Origin: Basidiobolus meristosporus CBS 931.73
Taxonomy: Eukaryota > Fungi > Basidiobolomycota
DNA: 64,000 nt
NCBI GenBank assembly: GCA_002104905.1
Contig: MCFE01000345.1
Location: forward strand, 1-64,000
Direction: 5' to 3'
The translations under genes were made by a program, and so were the position numbers. Each line of letters begins with the position of its first letter. The stretch's first letter is position 1. The notes under the pieces were generated by a model, which made no database searches, was not told the origin of the DNA, and saw nothing but the letters and a program-made list of their open reading frames with translations. This document shows, piece by piece, positions 61,192-64,000 of the stretch.

Positions 61192-64000
61192 TGTTGCAAT
61201 ATAAGAAGTGATTTGGATATAAGAAACTTATCAAGATATGGTAATAATAGTTGTATTGTTGTTTATTCATAAAGAGGATTAGTATTTATACCTTTGTAGA
61301 AGTAATACAGTTATAACACTAAGTTAGGAGGGTTTCTTAACATTCAGGAGCATTCTGTACCAGTTCCAGGGTTAGTACATAATGTTTGGTGCAAAGCGTT
61401 AGTTTGATCTTCACTATAGGGGCATAATCATAGCATCATAGATGTGAAGAAACTGACAAAGTTAGGGCTGCAAATAAGTTCTAGACTGACCAAGACTAGT
61501 CTGGAATTGCCAAGTAAATTTTTAGCTGCTGAATGATACCAAATAGTCCAGTATTTCAACACTCCCCTCAACTAAATAATTTCTTTATCCTAATTCCTCT
61601 CTCAGATTCTCAAATTGTGGTCTAGCTAGCAGTTTTGTCAATATATCTGACACCATTTGTCTGTTGGACAGTAAACCAGTTCTACTAAGCTATTTTCTAC
61701 AGTTTCCCTCACAAAGTGGTGTTGCATATCTTTGTACTTGGTTCTGGCATGATTAGTAGAATTCCTAGCTAATGCAACATAACTTTGATTAACTTTGTAA
61801 ATACATGTTGGCTCATCTAAATTAAAGCCTTAATCATTGAATAATTTCCATAGCTATATAGCCTCCTTATTTGCTTGGCAAGCAGCCATATATTCAGCTT
61901 CAGTTGCAGATAGGGCCACAGTTAGTTGTTTCTTGCAATTCCAAGCAATAGCTGCACCAGCATCAAGAAATACATACCTAGTGGTAGAGTGTCTGTCAAT
62001 CAGGTCTCTACCCCAATCAGAATCACTATAACTATTGGATTTCTACCTATTAGCTGCTCCAGAGTATTCCAGTACCATATTTATGGTACCTTGTAGATAT
62101 CTGAAAATCCACTCAACTGCTGCAACTTAATCTGATCCATAATTCTGCATGAGTTGACTGACTATTCCAACTGCTACTGCAATATCAGATCATTGTGGTG
62201 GTGTATAAGTCCAAGGGAGAGATACTTCCAACACTTCTCAAATGTTTTGTGTGGGGGGTTTTTGCTGAGTGTAATAACCTCTGGCAAAAGCTTGCTAGGA
62301 ATACTTGGGTTCTGTCTCTAATCTGATGTGATGGGGAACAAAGACACAAGCTTGTTAAGGGAAAACTATTCAGCTACAATCCCCAACTTAGTTGGCATCC
62401 TAACCAAAGTATGTGCTGGGTTCAGCATCCTTTGAGATGACAATGTACTAAAGCTCCCAAAGTCAAAACAACTGTAAACTCCACTAGCAGGGACTTGATA
62501 AGAATGCAGCTGTGGTCAATAGTTACAAAGACAGAAAGGTATCTTTGTCTGTACAAGAACAAACTTGGGGAAGAATCAAATATGATAAATGATACCTACT
62601 CTGAGTATTCCTCACAAGTAGTGCCTGCAAGGTCAGTTGGCTGTCAGCACAGTTTCCTGGGAGTGTCCTGTGGTTGGAAGGTCAGGTAGCAGCAGGTAGC
62701 AGTCATCACACCAATTAGCAAGATGGTATATTGATAAAAGGGATGATGATTTATTGTTGAGGGATAGCCTCCCTTATATACCCTTTTACTAGCTAAGTGA
62801 TTACTAATCATGGTGTTCCACAAGGTTCCAGATATCAATAGAAATCCTGATGACATCAGAATGACCTAAGAATGTTATAAGTAGGTGCCAGTAGATTCCA
62901 AGAGGCACAAAACATCCAACCAATCAGGAGTCAGTACTCTGAAACTTGTGTTATATAGAGATACCATATATGGTATTGAGATGGTAGGGATGGTGACACA
63001 GGCTGATTGTGTGTCACAGGTACTAGCGTGGGTACTTGCCTAATATAGAAGTACTTATAGCTTGTAATCTTACATAAAGTGAGGGGTAACTGATGCTATA
63101 AGGTAAGCAGCAGTGATAGTTAGCCAGCTTATGGGATAGTACAGATCAAGTAAGACAATTGGGATAAAACTAAAATAAGGGTAGTAGCAAAATAGGGAAG
63201 TAGATAATATAGGAATGAGCACATCTGTCAGTTGGTGTCACTGTGACCCCACTACAACATGTAGACACCATCAAGTGCATCAGGCTACCAACCATTGATT
63301 TATAGGGGAAGCTTTGGTCCATATTGGAGCCATTTTCACCTAAAACTGGCTGAGATTTGCTCAATTTTAGATTATTGTACATAGGGGTAGCTGCAGGCTT
63401 GCAACTTGACATTTTGAATCATCTGAGAATGTCCCTAATGTACTTGGACTGATTCAGCGCAATCTTCTGTGTAGGTATGTCAAAATTCACTTCAAATCCA
63501 AGAAAATAGCTCAATTTTCCAGACCCTTTTTGAGCTGCTTCACATATATACTATGATCTGCAGTGCTACAAATAAACCCAATCTCCTCTAGATATGAGTC
63601 AATCTTGTTATACCATGCTCTAGGTGCCTACTTAAGCCCATACAAAAATTTCCTAAGTCTGCAAACCTTATGAGGGCCTTTTGAGTTGGTAAAGCTTTCT
63701 GGTTGATCCATATATACAGTTTCTTGCAAATCCTCATTTAGAAAGACTGTTTTGAAGTTCAATTGGTGTATATCTAGACTGTGTACAGCTGCCAGGGTTA
63801 GAACTGTCCTAATGGAGTCAAGCTTTGCAACTAGAGCAAATGTCTCCTTAAAGTTTCTTCCATGGATCTGGGAGTAGCCTTTAGCCACTAATTAAGCCTT
63901 GTACTTATCAATGGTACCACTAGAGGTTATCTTGATCTTGTAGACCCATCTATATCCTATTGGCTTTCTCTCATTTGGTAAATCTACCAGTTCCCACATT
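61192..64000 (-). mobile_element. Truncated Ty1/Copia element C (different LTR): 3' LTR, RNase H and RT; continues beyond the window
   Basis: 3' LTR 61561-61192 (TGTTG...CAACA, TATAAATACT, AATAAA); PPT AGTTGAGGGGAG; RT AKGYSQ...ETFALVAKLDSIR...LYGLK; RNase H remnants at 61600-62190. Confidence 0.85.
62196..63259 (-). mobile_element. ~1.06-kb solo-LTR-like insertion (third family) inside Copia C
   Basis: Splits the Copia sequence VGSLMHLMVST | (RP)DIAVAVGIVSQ; homologous to 54247-55049; TSD ambiguous. Confidence 0.7.

Noticed and set aside
1-64000. tRNA, rRNA, CRISPR array or selenoprotein/SECIS signals
   Set aside because: None was evident by eye; tRNAscan-SE, Infernal or SECISearch would be needed to exclude them.

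Overview
Eukaryotic, fungal-type DNA with short GT-AG introns; the lineage looks early-diverging, which is an inference. The window has two sharply different halves. Positions ~1-35.2 kb are gene-rich and CpG-containing. They hold ten recognisable genes: a CRAL-TRIO lipid-transfer protein, an Apd1/Aim32-type 2Fe-2S protein, a C2H2 zinc-finger TF, a Ran1/Sks1-type kinase, DRG2/RBG2, an intronless UPF0303/DUF336 protein, a Greatwall/Rim15-like kinase, an SLC41 Mg transporter, RPL10 and a fatty-acid elongase. Positions ~35.3-64 kb are an almost CpG-free nest of decayed transposons. It holds two full-length Ty1/Copia elements with 5-bp TSDs and a Ty5-style half-tRNA(iMet) PBS, a third truncated Copia, and solo LTRs of three families. 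It also holds several copies of a CACTA/CMC-type DNA transposon (CCCTA termini, 2-bp TSD) nested inside each other, with an unexplained second ORF on the strand opposite the transposase. I see no convincing new biological system. The best leads are the two-gene CMC element, a ~340-bp fold-back/MITE-like unit, the sharp CpG-depletion boundary and a possible bacterial origin of the UPF0303 gene. All alignments and counts were done by eye and no database was searched.
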